A DNA stretch of 20,000 nt from Chiloscyllium plagiosum (lineage: Eukaryota), in contig NC_057754.1 in the NCBI RefSeq assembly GCF_004010195.1, positions 7,274,819-7,294,818 of the forward strand, given 5' to 3'. The notes under the pieces were generated by a model, which searched no databases, was not told the DNA's origin, and saw only the letters and a list, made by a program, of their open reading frames with translations. Position numbers and translations under genes: made by a program. Below, piece by piece: positions 19,695-20,000 of this stretch. Position 1 is the first letter of the stretch, and every line of letters starts with the position of its first letter.

Positions 19695-19860
19695 AGGTTG
19701 AGATTCTCAATGTCGGGCCTAACTCCAGGCCTTTCCCGCTCTGTCTCTACCTGGGTGTGTGTGGGTGTGTGGAGTGGGTAACAGGTTGAGATTCTCAATG
19801 CCAGGCCTAACTCCAGGCCCCTCCCGCTTTGTCTCGGTGCGTGTGGGTGCGTGAGGGGGG
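19695..19860. repeat. Tandem duplication, 88-bp period, two copies
   Basis: AGGTTGAGATTCTCAATGyCrGGCCTAACTCCAGGCCyyTCCCGCTyTGTCTC starts at 19695 and again at 19783. Confidence 0.9.
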
Positions 19861-20000
19861 GGGGTGCGTGTGGGTTGGTGTGCGTAGCAGGGGTGCGCGT
19901 GGGAGGGGTGCGCATGGGAGGGGTGCGAGGGGATGCAGTGGCGGCGCGCACACACCCCACACATACGCCCCCCCCGCACAACCACCTCACCCACACACAC
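19835..20000. repeat. GC-rich low-complexity (GT/G-rich, then CA/C-rich) region, possible CpG-island edge
   Basis: Repeated GGGAGGGGTGCG units, a long G run, many CpGs, and a switch to CAC-rich sequence at ~19950. Confidence 0.7.

Noticed and set aside
19658..20000. Pro/Thr/His-rich ORFs
   Set aside because: They are by-products of low-complexity G/GT-rich sequence.
1..20000. CRISPR array, prokaryotic operon, tRNA or rRNA genes
   Set aside because: There is no regularly spaced repeat-spacer array. The tRNA-like pieces are SINE heads, and the sequence is a vertebrate intron.

Overview
Vertebrate genomic DNA, almost certainly elasmobranch (shark), judged from its repeats: HE1/V-type tRNA SINEs, SacSINE1/Deu SINEs, CR1 LINEs and Penelope-like elements with minimal hammerhead motifs. 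Repeat-family names and the protein match come from my recall of consensus sequences, not from a database search. The only host coding sequence I can support is one 196-nt minus-strand exon (3789->3594). It encodes the N-terminal RNA-binding region of the mRNA export factor NXF1/TAP (coding exon 2), in a frame the ORF track misses. The rest is NXF1 intron 2 (1-3593) and a long, TE-filled intron 1 (3790-20000). A GC/G-rich stretch at the right edge may approach exon 1 or the promoter. The most unusual unexplained signal is a perfect 23-bp inverted repeat in non-TE sequence (5558-5580 / 6208-6230). In the pre-mRNA it would loop out a 46-nt candidate stop-containing ('poison') cassette exon (5667->5622), suggesting RNA-structure-gated control of NXF1 splicing. 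Other items: further cryptic exon signals, sense-strand minimal hammerhead motifs, an inverted SINE pair around exon 2, a 19-bp micro-inversion, and nested TE insertions with target-site duplications.
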